From contig OZ241832.1 in NCBI GenBank assembly GCA_965202585.1, positions 2,542,001 through 2,606,000 on the forward strand: a stretch of 64,000 bases of DNA, in the 5' to 3' direction. Numbering within the stretch: the stretch's first letter is position 1; every line of letters begins with the position of its first letter. The position numbers and the translations under genes were made by a program. The notes under the pieces are model-generated. The model saw only the letters and a list, made by a program, of their open reading frames with translations, ran no database searches and had not been told where the DNA came from. The DNA is from Thalia democratica (Eukaryota). Below are positions 13,525 to 27,359 of the stretch, piece after piece.

Positions 13525-16500
13525 AATGATAAAACCGAACAATCTTATATTGTTAAAAAGTCTACTAAAAAATATTTACAAGTTTATTGTTAAGCTGTAT
13601 CGACCCAGACAATTTCGGCTGATATCTAATATAGAATTAGTTGTTTCTTTCCAACAATTGTCAAACAGTGTTTATTCGGTAAACAAGATTTAGCAACATT
13701 TATACGTTTGAGTCCCCAGAGTAAAAAATATCTAAAAACTAAATTCGCCGGCGGAACTTTATTGATTGCGGAATTCGTAATTGTTTACAGTGAAAATTTT
13801 CTGCGGTTTTTAGTGTATTCGCATGAACCTTGTGCTGGAGTCAAACTTTTGTTTTTGCTGTTTTACTCTTTTATTCTGTTTTAATGTTCTTTTTTTTTTG
13901 TAATTTGTTTAGTTTTTTTAAAGCAAATGTTACAGACATGAATTAACTCTAAATTATAAATTGAATAGGCTTTGATTTTTTTTTGTAATCAAGCATTTTA
14001 GTTTCAGATACTTTATATTTTTTATTCATCCACTTTCTCATTTCAATAAACACTTATTTATACATTCATGAACAATTTTATTTTAGATACTTTGATAAAG
14101 AATGTCTAAATTGCCGTTTTAACAAATAAAAACAAATGGTTTTTACATTTACAAATTTTCAACACAGTATAATGTTAGAATGATAAGAATAATAGTAATA
14201 AAAAACTACTAATAAAACGTTCGAAATAAATCGACTGTTTACATAATTTTATTTTAAAAAAAGTTTCTTGAAAACTTGAACATTTTCAACCTATATTACG
14301 TGGTTATTTGAAAATTAGATTTAGTTCACGCAACTTAAAATACTTTACAAATTAATAAAGGCCCATTTAAACTTGTAACTCTGCATAAAATTTGTTTTAA
14401 CATCTTGAGAGCTTGAGTTTTAGTTTCTGTGAAAATATGTAAGTTTGTTCTTTAAACACTTGATGTAAACGAAAGGTCTTTTTTTCATAAACGTTTTAAA
14501 TTTCGTTTATTTTTTAAAACAAGTTGTTTCACTCAATTAAACTTATGCTTCTTATTAAAAAACAAAGAAAATAAAATGTTGTGAACATTTTCATAAAAAT
14601 TCTAAATAACTTTTCTTTAAATCGATTTTTTTAATTTTTCTTGCTTGAAAACCATAAACAACAAATAAATGTTTATTCAAACTAGATGTATTTTATTTTA
14701 ATTAGTTGTTAGTTATTTTAGCAACCTACTAAGCACTTTTTTCAGATACTAACTGTTTTAATAATAACAAAACAAAATTGTATCGTTGACAAGCATTTTT
14801 ATTGAACAATAATCACTTCTCAATTCTGGTAAAAAAGTAGTGAGCTTTACATTAATTCTAATAAATATATTAAATAATGTATATAAGTAGCCTATATTAG
14901 AGTACTTTAAAATTAAAAAAAGCAATTTAAGTTCAAATACTTTACTCTTTGTTTTAGCTTGGCTTATAACAAAAAACTCGTCTCTAGAATCCCTTAACTA
15001 CAAGTAAATTTTATTTGCTGTTAGAAAAAGACTTTAAAAAATTTTTTAAAGTAATTTTGTTTATATTTGCCCAAAAAATGTCAGTTTCTTGAAGTTAATT
15101 GAGCATATTGGTAAATTAAAAATTCCGCAAATAAAATCCTTACAGATTTGAATAAACAACTCGTATTTATATCTAGTCCCCAGAGATGCTTTATTAAATT
15201 TGTTATTTGACGAAACTACAAAATAAATTAAAAAAAATCTTTTTCTTAGTTTTTACCAATCAAACCACAACATTCGTTATCATATTTTTATTTTTAACAC
15301 TAATTTTATTAAGGATGAATTTAAATTTTTTTAAAATCTTAAACGTTTAGGTGGATTTTAATCTGAATTTTTTTTTTTAATTAAAAACTATATAGCATCA
15401 TAGCTACACTTTAAAAAACATTTTTATACTAATCAAGTGTGACTTACTTTCATTTAACTTTTTGTAAGACTATATTTTTTTTACCTGATTGAGCTATTAT
15501 TAATACTTTAATTTGAACAAGGCATAATTTTTAAACTAATAGTTTAAATTTTTGCATGTATAAAATCAAAATTTCTAAACTAAATGTTTAAATTTTTGTA
15601 TGTATAAAATCATCATTTTTGTTAGTATTGAAAAGTAGTAAACCTTCAAGTTTCAAGTTAAAACTGTAATATTTTTGCTAGTTTAACTTATAGTCATAGT
15701 GCATTATAATATCTTATTTATAACCTTTCATACTATTTTACTACTTATGAATATATTAAAAACATTATATTTAAAAGCTTATTTTATCTATTGGTTTTTA
15801 GAAAAATAAGGAGCTGATGCCTTCTAAGTTTTCTAAACTTCTTTACGAAAATAATAAAAGTTGTACGTAAGACAAATATTTATATAATGATCTTTTCATT
15901 TTTGCTTTATTTTAAGTCGTAAACATGTATGTACTTAGCAGGGCGTATATTACATTTTGAGAATGTTTAACAGTAAAACTACACTTTTGCTCATCAAAAA
16001 CTCTTGTTAATAACAGATACGCTTCTTTGAGTAACTAAAAGTGTTTTTAAACGATTTTACTTTTGAAATATTATTACTTTACATGTGACTTAACTCTTAT
16101 TTTATGTTATTAAAAGTTGAAAACAAAAACTAAACTTATCAGTTTTATTTAACATATAGTATAAAAAACTTTCGTAAATTCCAATGTCATATTTTATAAA
16201 GTTGTACGTGTTTTTTTTCAAAAACATTAATTCTTTAAAGATGTTTCAAAAAAACTAAAAAATCAAAAAAAAAAGATTTTTAATTCTTTTTTAATTAAAT
16301 AGGTTATATAACTTGCATAAGTAAACCAAAAGTTTATTATTTTGATCACTCGGAAAATAACAATTTAAACACAACTTGTTCACACCTTTACCAGCGAGCA
16401 AGTTGTTTGTTTAAAAGTCGGCGGTTTAACCTTCAGACTAGATTATGACGTAATAATAAATTTTGTTTGACAACTAACTAAGCATATATGCTACTTACTT

Positions 16501-17146
16501 ACAAGTTTTAATAAACTGGTGATGAAATTTTACTTAAAAACATTTATTTTGTAAGCATCAGTCAAAAAAAGTATAAGAGTATATAAACACATTGGTTTAA
16601 GATAAAAAATCCAAATCATTTAGTGTTTAATTTTTACCCGCCAGGATATTCAAATGATATAGTTTCGAACAAAAAATTATGAGAAATTCATATTTTGAAA
16701 GTAAGAAACACTTGATATCCGTAGAATTTTTTTCTAACTCGTTGCAAAAAACTCAGTGTTAAATTGACACCAAAAAACAAATATGATTTGGGAAAACAGC
16801 TTTAAGAAAAGTTGCTAACTTTATTATAGCAGACTTGTAACAAAAATTCTTTAAAAATTTGACGAGTCAAACCAAAGCAAAGTGTGAAAGCTGTTAATAG
16901 ACCTATAAAAGGTTTCGTGTAAAATTGAAATCAAAGTAGCAGTCGCAACAAAATGAACTTGGTGTTGGCTAGCCGTCTGCAGAGTAACCAGTCGATCGAT
17001 CAACAAATAAAAGTGTTGGAAGGGCAAACAAGCAAACAGAGGGAAGAAGAGCAAATTTTCCTCCTCGTTTTTCAGCTGAAAGTTGGCATTTGTCGCTTTT
17101 GCAGCATTTGAAATGAGCTTCTGTTTGCTCCAAACTTTTTCATTGT
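13525..17146 (+). repeat. Copy 2 of the non-coding segmental duplication
   Basis: Colinear with 90-4767 minus the 716-1734 insertion; homology stops after AACTTTTTCATTGT (~17146). Confidence 0.92.
16904..16945 (+). promoter_or_regulatory. TATA-box core promoter candidate, duplication copy 2
   Basis: TATAAAAG at 16904-16911 in a context conserved with 4491 (AATAGACCTATAAAAGGTTTC...TTGAAATCAAAGTAGCAGTCGCAAC). Confidence 0.45.
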
Positions 17147-18879
17147 GCGTACGTGATACGAAGTTTTATCTGAATTTTGCTTTTGTTGAATTTTCATCTT
17201 TTTTGTTTCAAACTTGAACACACAGCTCAGTTTTTTGTTGAGAGTTTTGTTAAATTTCGTGCTTCCAGTAATAAAAGATAAGTACAAGTTTTGCATGAGA
17301 TTTTTTATGTTGTATTTTGAAATATTTTAAAAATAAAGAAGTAAGTAAAACAGATTTTGAAGTTTCAGCATTATTACAAGTAATAAGCAAATTATATATT
17401 TATTTTTGTTCTATACCCTATGATAACTTAAACTGAAATTCTAGAAGCTAGAAAAGACCTTTCAAGTTTTGATTGCAGGAAATTTTGTGTTCTTAAAAGT
17501 CTTTATAATTGAGAGAATTATTTATAACTTTTTCTGATTCTCTCGTTTGGTGTAATCAGTAGAAAATACCGCCATTTTTACGGGTAACCGACAAATCAAA
17601 CATTTTGTAAAACCGAGAAATTATTTTGAATCAGAATATAGAATTTTTTATTTATAGTAAAAAGTAAAATGAATAAACAGGTTTTATTTCAGTTTTATAG
17701 TTTCTTTGTTAATATTAAGTTGAAGTATGTAAACTAGAAATGAGCATAGAGAATAGATAGCAGAAAGATTGTACAGCATTCTATATTTTTTTGAATACTT
17801 TGTAAGTAATTTGTACTTTAGTTAACCCAAGGTTAAGCTGATGATCAATTTCCAGCTAGCAGATCTAGTAGCAAGCAGACCTAGTAGCAAGTATCGATTT
17901 GTAAGGAGGTGTAACTTCGCATCGTTAACTCGAGTAGTCAGGTGAATTTGTAACTTCCGAAATATTTTTCATGAATTGCAACATGGATTTGCAAAATTTC
18001 TAAAGTGTGGTCAGTATCTCTGTAACCTTTCACCCAAAAACTCCACTTTTGCTGCTCATTTATTATTTACAGTCTGCAGCTGAGAAGTTTCCAGCAACTT
18101 TTTGAAAAAGCGAAAACGTTCGCTTTTCGAACTTGAAAGATTGTCCAAATGAAGTAATTACAGCAAAAACCACGAATTAAAAACCGCAAATGGCGCAATT
18201 TATTTTTCGAGTAGGTATTAGAATCTGTTTTTTTTTTTTTAATTTTCTCTTCATATTCGGAAAAAAATGGTTTAAGTGTTATTAATAAGGAGCTTCGAAA
18301 TAGTTAAATTGCAATGATCAAAAGTAAAGTTTTGTGAATTTAATGCTTTTCGTCAAGATAACAAAGCAAACAAGTTTAATTTTTAACCTTTTCCACTCAA
18401 GCGGCAATGTATTATGAAAGTTTTGCTAAACACACCAATGTTTCAGCAAACAATGAAATTTATTGTAACTTTTCGAAAAACTTTCAACAATTTTTCAGCG
18501 CAAACGAAAGTTGAAAGTCTGGTTTAGCGTCTCGAATAAATTGGAAGTTGAAAATTGAATTTTTCGTGTTTGTTTTGTAAAAGTGGGGAAAAATTATGAA
18601 AAAAAAATTGGCTATGTTAAACTGCGAAAGCAATTATTAACTTTCAAATTGGTTTTTTTTTAAAGTTTTACTTTAGAAGTATATACAAGTTGGTAGATTT
18701 AAATAAAAAGTAAAATTTATTTATTTCAAAAACCATTTTTTAAACATAAATCGAAACTACGAAATTAAGCCAAAACCAAAAACTAATTAAAAGAAATTAA
18801 TTAAAAGAAACAACTATTTGACCTTTGTAAAATTCAATTCACCTTACAAGTGCTTCAAACTTTCACAAAGTTCACATAA

Positions 18880-19170
18880 AAACACGCATGAGTCAAAAAA
18901 GTAGCGGCAGACCGAATGTGACGTCACACCGACAATATTATTACGTCACAAAGCACCAGACTCGACCGCCGGCAAGTCGCAAAAACCCAGAAAGTCGGAA
19001 ACAATATCGAAAATATTCCAAGCGAGTAGAGGTGGCCTCCCCGCAGGGAAAAGATGAGAGGAGCAGACGACATGCGTCGTTGAGCGCGAACTGTGACGTC
19101 ACAATTGCGAAGTGGCTGCCGGCTTGTGTTGAGTTTGATTTGTTACATTGTGTGGCGAGATCAGTTTGAT
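18880..19170. promoter_or_regulatory. GC/CpG-rich island with AP-1 and CRE sites (candidate enhancer)
   Basis: TGAGTCA 18889-18895; TGTGACGTCACA 18917-18928 and 19092-19103; TTACGTCA 18941-18948; sharp GC rise against AT-rich flanks. Confidence 0.6.
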
Positions 19171-19869
19171 GTGTATTTGTTACAATGGTTTTTAATATAT
19201 TTTGTTTTATTAGATTGTTAAATGATAGTTTCTTTATGTTTAGTAAAGTTATAATCAGTGTTTTGTATAAAACTTTGTTGTAAACGTTTACAGATTGACA
19301 CAAGAATTACGTTTATGTTTATAAAATTTGTTCATATTCAAAAGCTCAAAGCTGAAACTTTTGCTTGTAATTTTTTAAGTTATGCGACGATTACATAAGA
19401 GATTAGTTAAATTTAAAATAGTGTAATTTAAGATATTTTGAAACCTTTTAATCGCAAACTAAAATGAGAATTTTTAGTGATATATTTTGCTAATGAAGTT
19501 TTAAAATAAAAAATTTGCTGATAGAAAGTTTACTTTCAGTTAGTTCTTATGGTTGGTAAAAAAACATGAAACAAAAACATGTATTTACACTCAAAATTTG
19601 TCTAAGCTTTTATTTTTAGTTAGTTTTAAAATTTAGAAAATAGTTTACAACTTCAAGCACTAAAACATTAAAAATACTTAATTTGAATGTTAATTTCTAA
19701 ATATTTCAAAGTTAACTTTTTTTAAAACAGATTTATAAAACAGTTTCCGAGTTTTTGTATTATACTTCGTTCAAAACTAATCTTAATCAAAGATTTTTTT
19801 TTATTTTAACAAGCATTACATGTTATGAGTGTTAGAAAATCGAAAATTCAGTTATTTTTAAACTACAAT

Positions 19870-20050
19870 GTTTACACACGAGTGTGCGGCCATGTCAACA
19901 ACGTTTTGATCCGATTAACGTTACTCGTTCATCCGTCAGTAATCCGCAACATCGAGAGTGCTCACGAGTGCAGATTATACAGACTAGCCGGTTGCCCTCA
20001 CTTTTAAAAGTTCAAAGTTCGCTGACTGTGACGTCACACAACGCACTCGA
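19870..20050. promoter_or_regulatory. CpG-rich island with palindromic CRE (candidate enhancer)
   Basis: TGTGACGTCACA 20027-20038 within a CpG-dense patch. Confidence 0.45.
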
Positions 20051-21365
20051 AAGTTTCTTGTGTGAATTTCAATGGCCTCAAGTGTTCATGCAATTAATCT
20101 TGATTATTTATGCTGCAATGTTTAAGTGGTTTCTGAAAACTTTTATAATAAAAAGTTGAACTTAGATCAACCGAAGTTTTTGTGAAGCTTGTTGAAAAGT
20201 TATAATTTTGTTTTAAAACATAAATAGTTCTGAATAAAAAAGTTAAGAATAGTTTGACTTTTTTTGATAAATTGCTAAGCTGATTTTTGTAAAACTTGTT
20301 GAAAAATTAAACTTTTGTTTTACAATTAGCTTAAAAATTAATATTCCTATTAGTAGAACTTCAAGGAGTTTATAAGTTTTATCTTAATATAAATTAATAA
20401 GCTGAGATAAACTAATTTTTAGTAATAAATGATAGTTTTTAGTGATATATATATTTACGAAATTGAATAAGTATGTTTTTAAACTTAGATCAACTGTGGT
20501 TTTTGTAAAGCTTGTTGAAAAGTTAAGCTTTTGAAAAATTTTGTTTTGACATAAATAGTTCTGTATAAAAAAGTTAAAAATAGTCTGATTATTTTTGATA
20601 ACTTGCTAAGCTGATTGAAGTCAGAGTTAGAAATAAATGCCATTTACATATGTGTTAGCGAAATAGGATAGGTAATTTTTGTAAACAAATTTACGTTCTG
20701 TTTTTAATTTCAAAATAGAAAAATTTTAATAATCTGTAATTAGATGGCGAAGCTATAGAATAAAAGTTTATTGAACTCTTAATAGTAAACCACTCAAATT
20801 TTTAGTATTACAATAATGATTTAAACAACTAATAACTAATTTAAATACACAAAATTAAAAAAAATTATAAAACTATATTAAAAAAAAATTCTTATAAAAG
20901 TTTTTAGAGTTATTTTTAAGGTAGTTTTATCTGTTTACTACAACTCTTTATTATGTTTTACTAGGATAAGTTTTATCTTTAATTTAAATCAACTGTTATT
21001 TAAGTCTGTTTTCAAGCTTTCAGGTTGCTTGCATACAACCATTCAAAAGCTTTTAATATTTTAATAATAGAAAATAAATAATTTATGTAAAAAACGAATA
21101 TGCAGTATAATAGTATTATAAAATAAAGTTTAAGTTAATTTATTGCCAAATCGCAATATTTCTTACGTGATTAAACGTCGATTTGTAAAAATTCTGACTA
21201 CTTCAAAATAAAAGTATTATATACATGTTTATTTGTAACAAAAGTTTATTCAAAACTACTTCTTACATTGAAAAATGTCATGTTTACCAACCACCTAATT
21301 AGTTCTTTCATCGCTAATTAGCATTAAGCAGCACGACACACTTACTGCGGGAAAGAAAACAAAAG

Positions 21366-21885
21366 AAACCTACGTATATGTGGTGATGTTCTTATTAAAA
21401 ACCTACGTATGTGTGTGGATGTTCTTGTTAGAAACCTAAGTATGCGTGGTGATGTTCTTGTTAGAAATCCACATATGTGTGGTGACGTTCTTGTTAGAAA
21501 CCTAAGTATGCGTGGTAATGTTCTTGTTAGAAATCCACGTATGTGTGGTGACGTTCTTGTTAGAAACCTAAGTATGCGTGGTGATGTTCTTGTTAGAAAC
21601 CCACGTATGTGTGGTGACGTTCTTGTTAGAAACCTAAGTATGCGTGGTAATGTTCTTGTTAGAACCCACATATATGTGGTGGTGCTCTTGTTAGAAACCT
21701 GAGTACGTGTGGTAATGTTCTTGTTAGAAGCCCACGTATGTGTGGTAATGTTCTTGTTAAAAACCAACATATATGTGGTAATGTTCTTGTTAGAATCCCA
21801 CGTATGTGTGTTGATGTTCTTGTTAGAAACCCACGTATGTGTGATAATGTTCTTGTTAGAAACCCACATATGTGTGGTGGTGTTG
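21366..21885. repeat. 33-bp minisatellite, ~16 units, with alternating A/B (66-bp) higher-order structure
   Basis: Consensus ~AACCCACGTATGTGTGGTGATGTTCTTGTTAGA. Central units alternate ACCTAAGTATGCGTGGT and (A/T)CCAC(G/A)TATGTGTGGT variants. Confidence 0.97.
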
Positions 21886-24800
21886 TTTAAACAAACCACC
21901 GGCAATGGCATACTGCATTCCAACGTTGCATGCATCAGTGATTATTAGATATTCACAATCTTCGACGGTCGCACCCAAAAATTCTCTGGTCTGCAATCAA
22001 CACATCGAACATTGAAAATAGTGAACGTTGAAAACAATGGTTCTGTTGTTTGAGTATTTCAATGAAGTATCAAGCTGTATAGTTTAGCAATGTTGAAATC
22101 GCTGATGAATATTTGTGCTAATGCTGTGTGTGTTTGGTAATCTCAACATTTGACATGTAGTATTTAGAATGCTGAAATTTGAGCGCTGTACAACAGTTGC
22201 TTTGTATTAGAAATAAAAATTGGGAAGTTTGTTTTGTATCTTTGACCGTGAAGCTATTTATAGACAGTTTTATGTTTCTTGATCACTTTTTAAACGTTAG
22301 TAATCAACACATTGGGCATTTAAAAATTCAAGTTCAAATATTTAAATTTTTTGTACAATAGCTTGGTTTGTTGAAAAAAATTGTTTTTTTTTTTAAATGA
22401 GCAGTTGTTTTTGAAACTTCTTTACAGTTCTCAAAACATTAAAACACTTATTACTAATTCTTTGTTTATTGATTTAACTAAAAGATCATGGCTTGTTTTT
22501 ATAATTTATTTTAGTTTTACAAAAGTTAATTAATAGTAAGTCTCAAGTGTTCAACAATTATTTTAAAACCCTAGAGCTGTATCAAATGAATACTTAGTAT
22601 CTTAAATCGGCAAATACTTAGAAAACATGTTGAATTTCGACGTATAACTTCGTGAAACAATCGTTGCTTTGTTCAAATGTAAATGGTGCATGTTTTTCGA
22701 CAAGTATAAAATAGTTTGATGACATATTTCAGTTTACAAAAACTTACATTTGATTAGGTTAAAAATAATAGTTTGTATGTGTACAATGGTGTACTTACAA
22801 AAACTATTTTTCTTTAAAATTTAGGTTTAGACTTTATATAACTAAACTTTTTAGTTTTTTTAAACTTAATTAATTTAATACACAAACAAAAGTTTAACTT
22901 TTCGTAAAGTTTTTGTCTTAGTTGATGTAGTTTAAACAGCAAAATGATTTCAGATTTACTTCGTTTTTTCATTAATTATGCTTTAGATTGTATATTATAA
23001 ATCTGTTTTTTTTTTACGTCTATACGTTCTGATATAGTTGTGAAAATAAGCTTGAATATTTTAGTTAGTGCATTTGTATTGAGAATTTTTAGTTTTATAC
23101 TATTTATACAAAAATATAACGAATTCCTATTAGCTAGTTTGTCTAAGCACTATGAATTAAAAGTTAGTTTTTAATATGTTTATGAACTTTTTTGTTAAGA
23201 TTTGAAAACAAGTTTTGATTAAGCTTTATTGTAAAAAATTTAAGTAACACTTTTGTTTAATACAATAAGCTAAATATTTTCCGTCTATGAATATTGAAAC
23301 ACGCAAAACAGGATTTACAAAATAAAAATATAACCAGTGTTCACGAAAACAAATTTTCAAATATCAGAAGCATAATTCTTCTTACATAACAGCACCTTAT
23401 ACTAATTATTATCATCCTCACTATTATTCAATTATCTTCTTCTAATTTGTTTTTATTACGCTTCACTTCGTACAAATGGAGGTAATAAAACAACCAGTGA
23501 GCTCAATATGTTTTAATTGTTGGTTTTACCGCCTGAATTAGGAAAACATCAGTCTTGCACAAAAGTCCACTTTCAATTCGGTGTTTTGATGAAATATGGA
23601 TAAAAACTAAATAAAAATGAGAAGACTTTTTCAGAACTTGGTTTTTTATAGTATACTTTCTGTTTTTATAGTAAGTAGTTTGATATTTTATATTTTCTTG
23701 CAATGCTGCAACATTTTTTTATTAAAAAAACGCTTTTGTAGATTTTTTTGTTAGTAATTAAAAAATTTGTGAATGTGTTTCGATATTATACAACAAGAAG
23801 AAGTACTATTTTATTATGCTTTGCAAAATTTTTATTTTAAAAATAGATTTTCATATGTTCTAAAAGAACACAATAAAATTTCAGTATTTTTTTAATAAAA
23901 AGCGTTTATAAATTTTCTGCATAAAAAGTCGTTGTGAAAAGTTTCAAACAATAGTGAATAGATTTAAATATCGCTTTCGAACCGAATTGTCAGCTAAAAA
24001 TAGAAAATTTATCCGACATTTCAACTTTTTCAAAGCGCTCACAACGCACCATCGGTAGCAAATATCTTTTTGAAGCTCCATTATTACTTTTCTATTGCCA
24101 GTTGAACCAACATAATTTCTTTGCACCACGCATGCTATTCGTTGCAGACGCTCAAGTATTTTAATTCAAGCTGAAACTTTTCGTAGTATGTTAATAAGCA
24201 TCCCGACGAACAAGACTTTGAAATTAAATATTAATTTTCGTGATAGCCTGGTAACTTATCAATCGTTAAAGTGTTTGGTGTGTTTTGTGTATTAAGTTAC
24301 TAAAGTGACTGTTTAAATACAAGTCTGTTTGTGATTTAGAATGTATCACCATGATCATATATCTTTGTCGTTTTAAACTAATTTATACGAAGTATAAGTT
24401 TCTTAATATTAATCTTAATACTTATATATATATATATTATTTTGCGTGTACTTTTATATACAGTGTGGTTAGGAAGTGTGAACACCATTAATCATAGTTT
24501 AATAAGTTTTAAATAAGTTATTGTTATAAATTTTATTGTCATTTTAAAATAGGTAGATTTTTAATAGTATAAGACAATGTTTACTAAAACTTAATACTTT
24601 TTAATACAATGTGGTTACAAAGCGCGTGTTTAATTTAATTTAAATTAATAAATTGAAATATATTACCACTATCATTCACTCTTGACATGATAAACTAAGT
24701 ATATGTTTGAATAGTATATACTTATTTATCTATCTTATACGTGTTATATATATTTTGTGGTTTGGAATTATACTTATTCAATGTCATGGGTTTCAAAACT

Positions 24801-26159
24801 TAGTGGTTATTTGATTAATTCAAGTTTGTCAGCAAATAGAAACTAAACCTTCTATTTATAAACAAAAGTATTGTGTGTGCTTGTGGCCTGTCAAAACAAA
24901 TTAAAGTGTAAAATTTTAAGGTTAACGTTTTGAGTTTCTAACAAAAACTTTAGCACTTTAAATAAATAAATTTTTATGACACTTGATTTTTCACATGTTT
25001 TTATATAGGTTTTTATTTATCAATTAAGTATAACTTTAACTTTAAGTTTTGTTTAAGTATATACAGTAACGTTAGATAAATTTACATGACACTTAGTTAA
25101 CCGTGTACTAACTTACAGACTTTCAAGTAGTTTGAGTGTGCATAAACACACAAACACATTTATTATTTTCACGTGTGCCTTTTAAATGCAATCAATACTT
25201 TTTAACCGACACTTAAAACTGGCTCAAGTGCTTTGAAATTGCAAAATTCAATTTTTTCGAGAACGCAAGTTGATTTACTGCAGTGTCAGAACAGAGTAGG
25301 CAGCGGCAATTATTCTAAATAAAGTTTCGAAAAAACTGTAAATCACTTTTTTAATTTGTCAACTTTTAAATCCTTGTTTGAGATAGAAAACAGAGCTTTT
25401 TTTAATCTGAATTTAAATAAGTTTAATTGTTAACAACTTAGAAAATTTAAAGTTCTTTTTGATTGGTAGCCATGTAAGACATTTAAATTTTTAGATCGTT
25501 TTTAGCTAATTGTTTAAAGTAATTATTTTGAACAAGTATGAAGTTTTTATTTAAGCATTTGTTTTTCTGTGTAAACATTTTGTAATTTCAAACCTTCATT
25601 GTTACTTGCTTAGTTTTAAACAATAAGCAGTTTATAAAGTTTGTATAAGTAATCGAAATTAATTTAAATAAAATTGAAGTAGAACTAATAAAATAGTTAT
25701 AACATGATCAAATTAAAAAAATACTATAAACAAAAGGTTTATTTATCTTGAGCTTAAATTTTCAACGTCTTTAAGAAATACTCAAAAGAAAAAAAATTAA
25801 GGAATTTAAAATTCCACGCGCTCAAAACTATTATTAAGTCAATCAACCGAAGTATTAGTTCAACTAGTAATTTAACAATTTAAAACATTTTGTGAATTTA
25901 GAGGTTCATAAGATTAAAATGAATATTTGTAAAACAAAATGTTCTCTTGCGATATGTGAGAAAAATTATAATGGGATTAAATACAAAATTTATGGGAACA
26001 ACAAGATTTAATGTGCACTTATTTTAAAATATTACAAGATTTAGCAACATATTTCTCAATTATCGAAAATTCCACGGCAAAACACAAAAAAAAACATATT
26101 GTTTGGCAAGGAATGAAATATTAATAAAATCAAATTCCCACGAAATTGAACTTGTTGTG

Positions 26160-26300
26160 TGAAAATTGAGTCGCGTTTCAGGGAAAGCCCCGATTAATGG
26201 TGACCCCAGGGTCAAAAAGCGGAAGTGAAAAATTCGCATTGAGAAAAGTTTCACATCAAAGATCGAATTTTTTCTCTCGTTCGAGTCGAGAGAAGTCATT
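26160..26300. promoter_or_regulatory. Dense motif cluster (NF-kB-like, ETS-IRF composite, TCF/LEF), candidate enhancer
   Basis: GGGAAAGCCCC 26181-26191 (GGGGCTTTCC on -), TGACCCCAGGGTCA 26201-26214, GGAAGTGAAA 26221-26230, ACATCAAAG 26253-26261. Confidence 0.4.
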
Positions 26301-27359
26301 CGAGTTTAATCCGAGGAAAATATTCTGTTGAAACTTTCTCTACTTTTAGTTGCGGATTTGCTATATTTAGCATCAGCTGTTGTTATCCATGAGAGTTTGA
26401 TTAAAAAATTTACATAAAAAAATAAGTTGATTTTTATTCATGAAAACTTTTTATATTTTGAGTTTCAGATATTACTGTCTCGTAGTTTTTTTATAAAAGT
26501 TGAAAATATTTTGTTTTAATTTGTTAAGATTTTTTTGGTGTTTTTAGCTATTGAACAGCTGTTTAAATGAATTCAAATTTAAACTAAAAAATCCAAGCAT
26601 ATACTTATCAAGATATTTTTATTTGATAAAACAAAGTATAATCCGCTTAAAGTTCTTGATAAAATATTTGTGAGGACTTAAAGTGCATTTTGTTGATGTT
26701 TTTGGCAAGTAGACAGGTGCATGTAAGTCATTTAATTTCTTAAAATTTTATTAAAAATGAATGCTGCTGAGAATAAAAATTTTTATTTTACTTAATCTTT
26801 CCAGATAAACCTAAACTACTAGCCAGAGTTTGGTTATTTTTTTAAATTATCAAAAATAAAGTACAATAAGTTATGTTTTTTTAAGTTTTTAATTTAAAAA
26901 AGCATCTTAGACATTAAACATTGGAACTAAGCTACTTATATAAGCTAAACGTTAGTAAGTTTGTTTTTTAAGTTTTTTTTTTCGGTAGGTTTACCATATT
27001 TAAATACAGTTTAAAATAATGAATGAACTTGTAATATAGTTTTTAATGTTTACAAAACCTGCATTTAGAACGAGAATTTCATACTGAACAAGCATATCAA
27101 GTTTTATAAGCAAGTTTGTCAAAATCTTTTGTTTATTTTACTTGTCTTTATACTGTGACTAATTGGGCTTACTACCAGTGTTCAGTATAAGAAGTTTCTC
27201 AACTTACATGTATAAATTCAGTACTTTATTTTGGTTTTTATGAACGTTGTTGTATTTTATATATATTTTTTTTTTTTATCAAGAGTTCTTCTTGCTACTT
27301 GTTCTTACTTGTCATCTTTGTTAAACTTATATAAAGTTTAAGCCATATCTAAAACCGTA

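Noticed and set aside
18888-19303. Overlapping ORFs of 93 and 120 aa
   Set aside because: Explained by a GC-rich regulatory island; no recognisable product or clear exon boundaries.
21342-21948. Long ORFs (197, 97 and 79 aa) with 11-aa repeats
   Set aside because: They arise from a 33-bp (multiple of three) minisatellite lacking stops in several frames on both strands; no domain or splice context.
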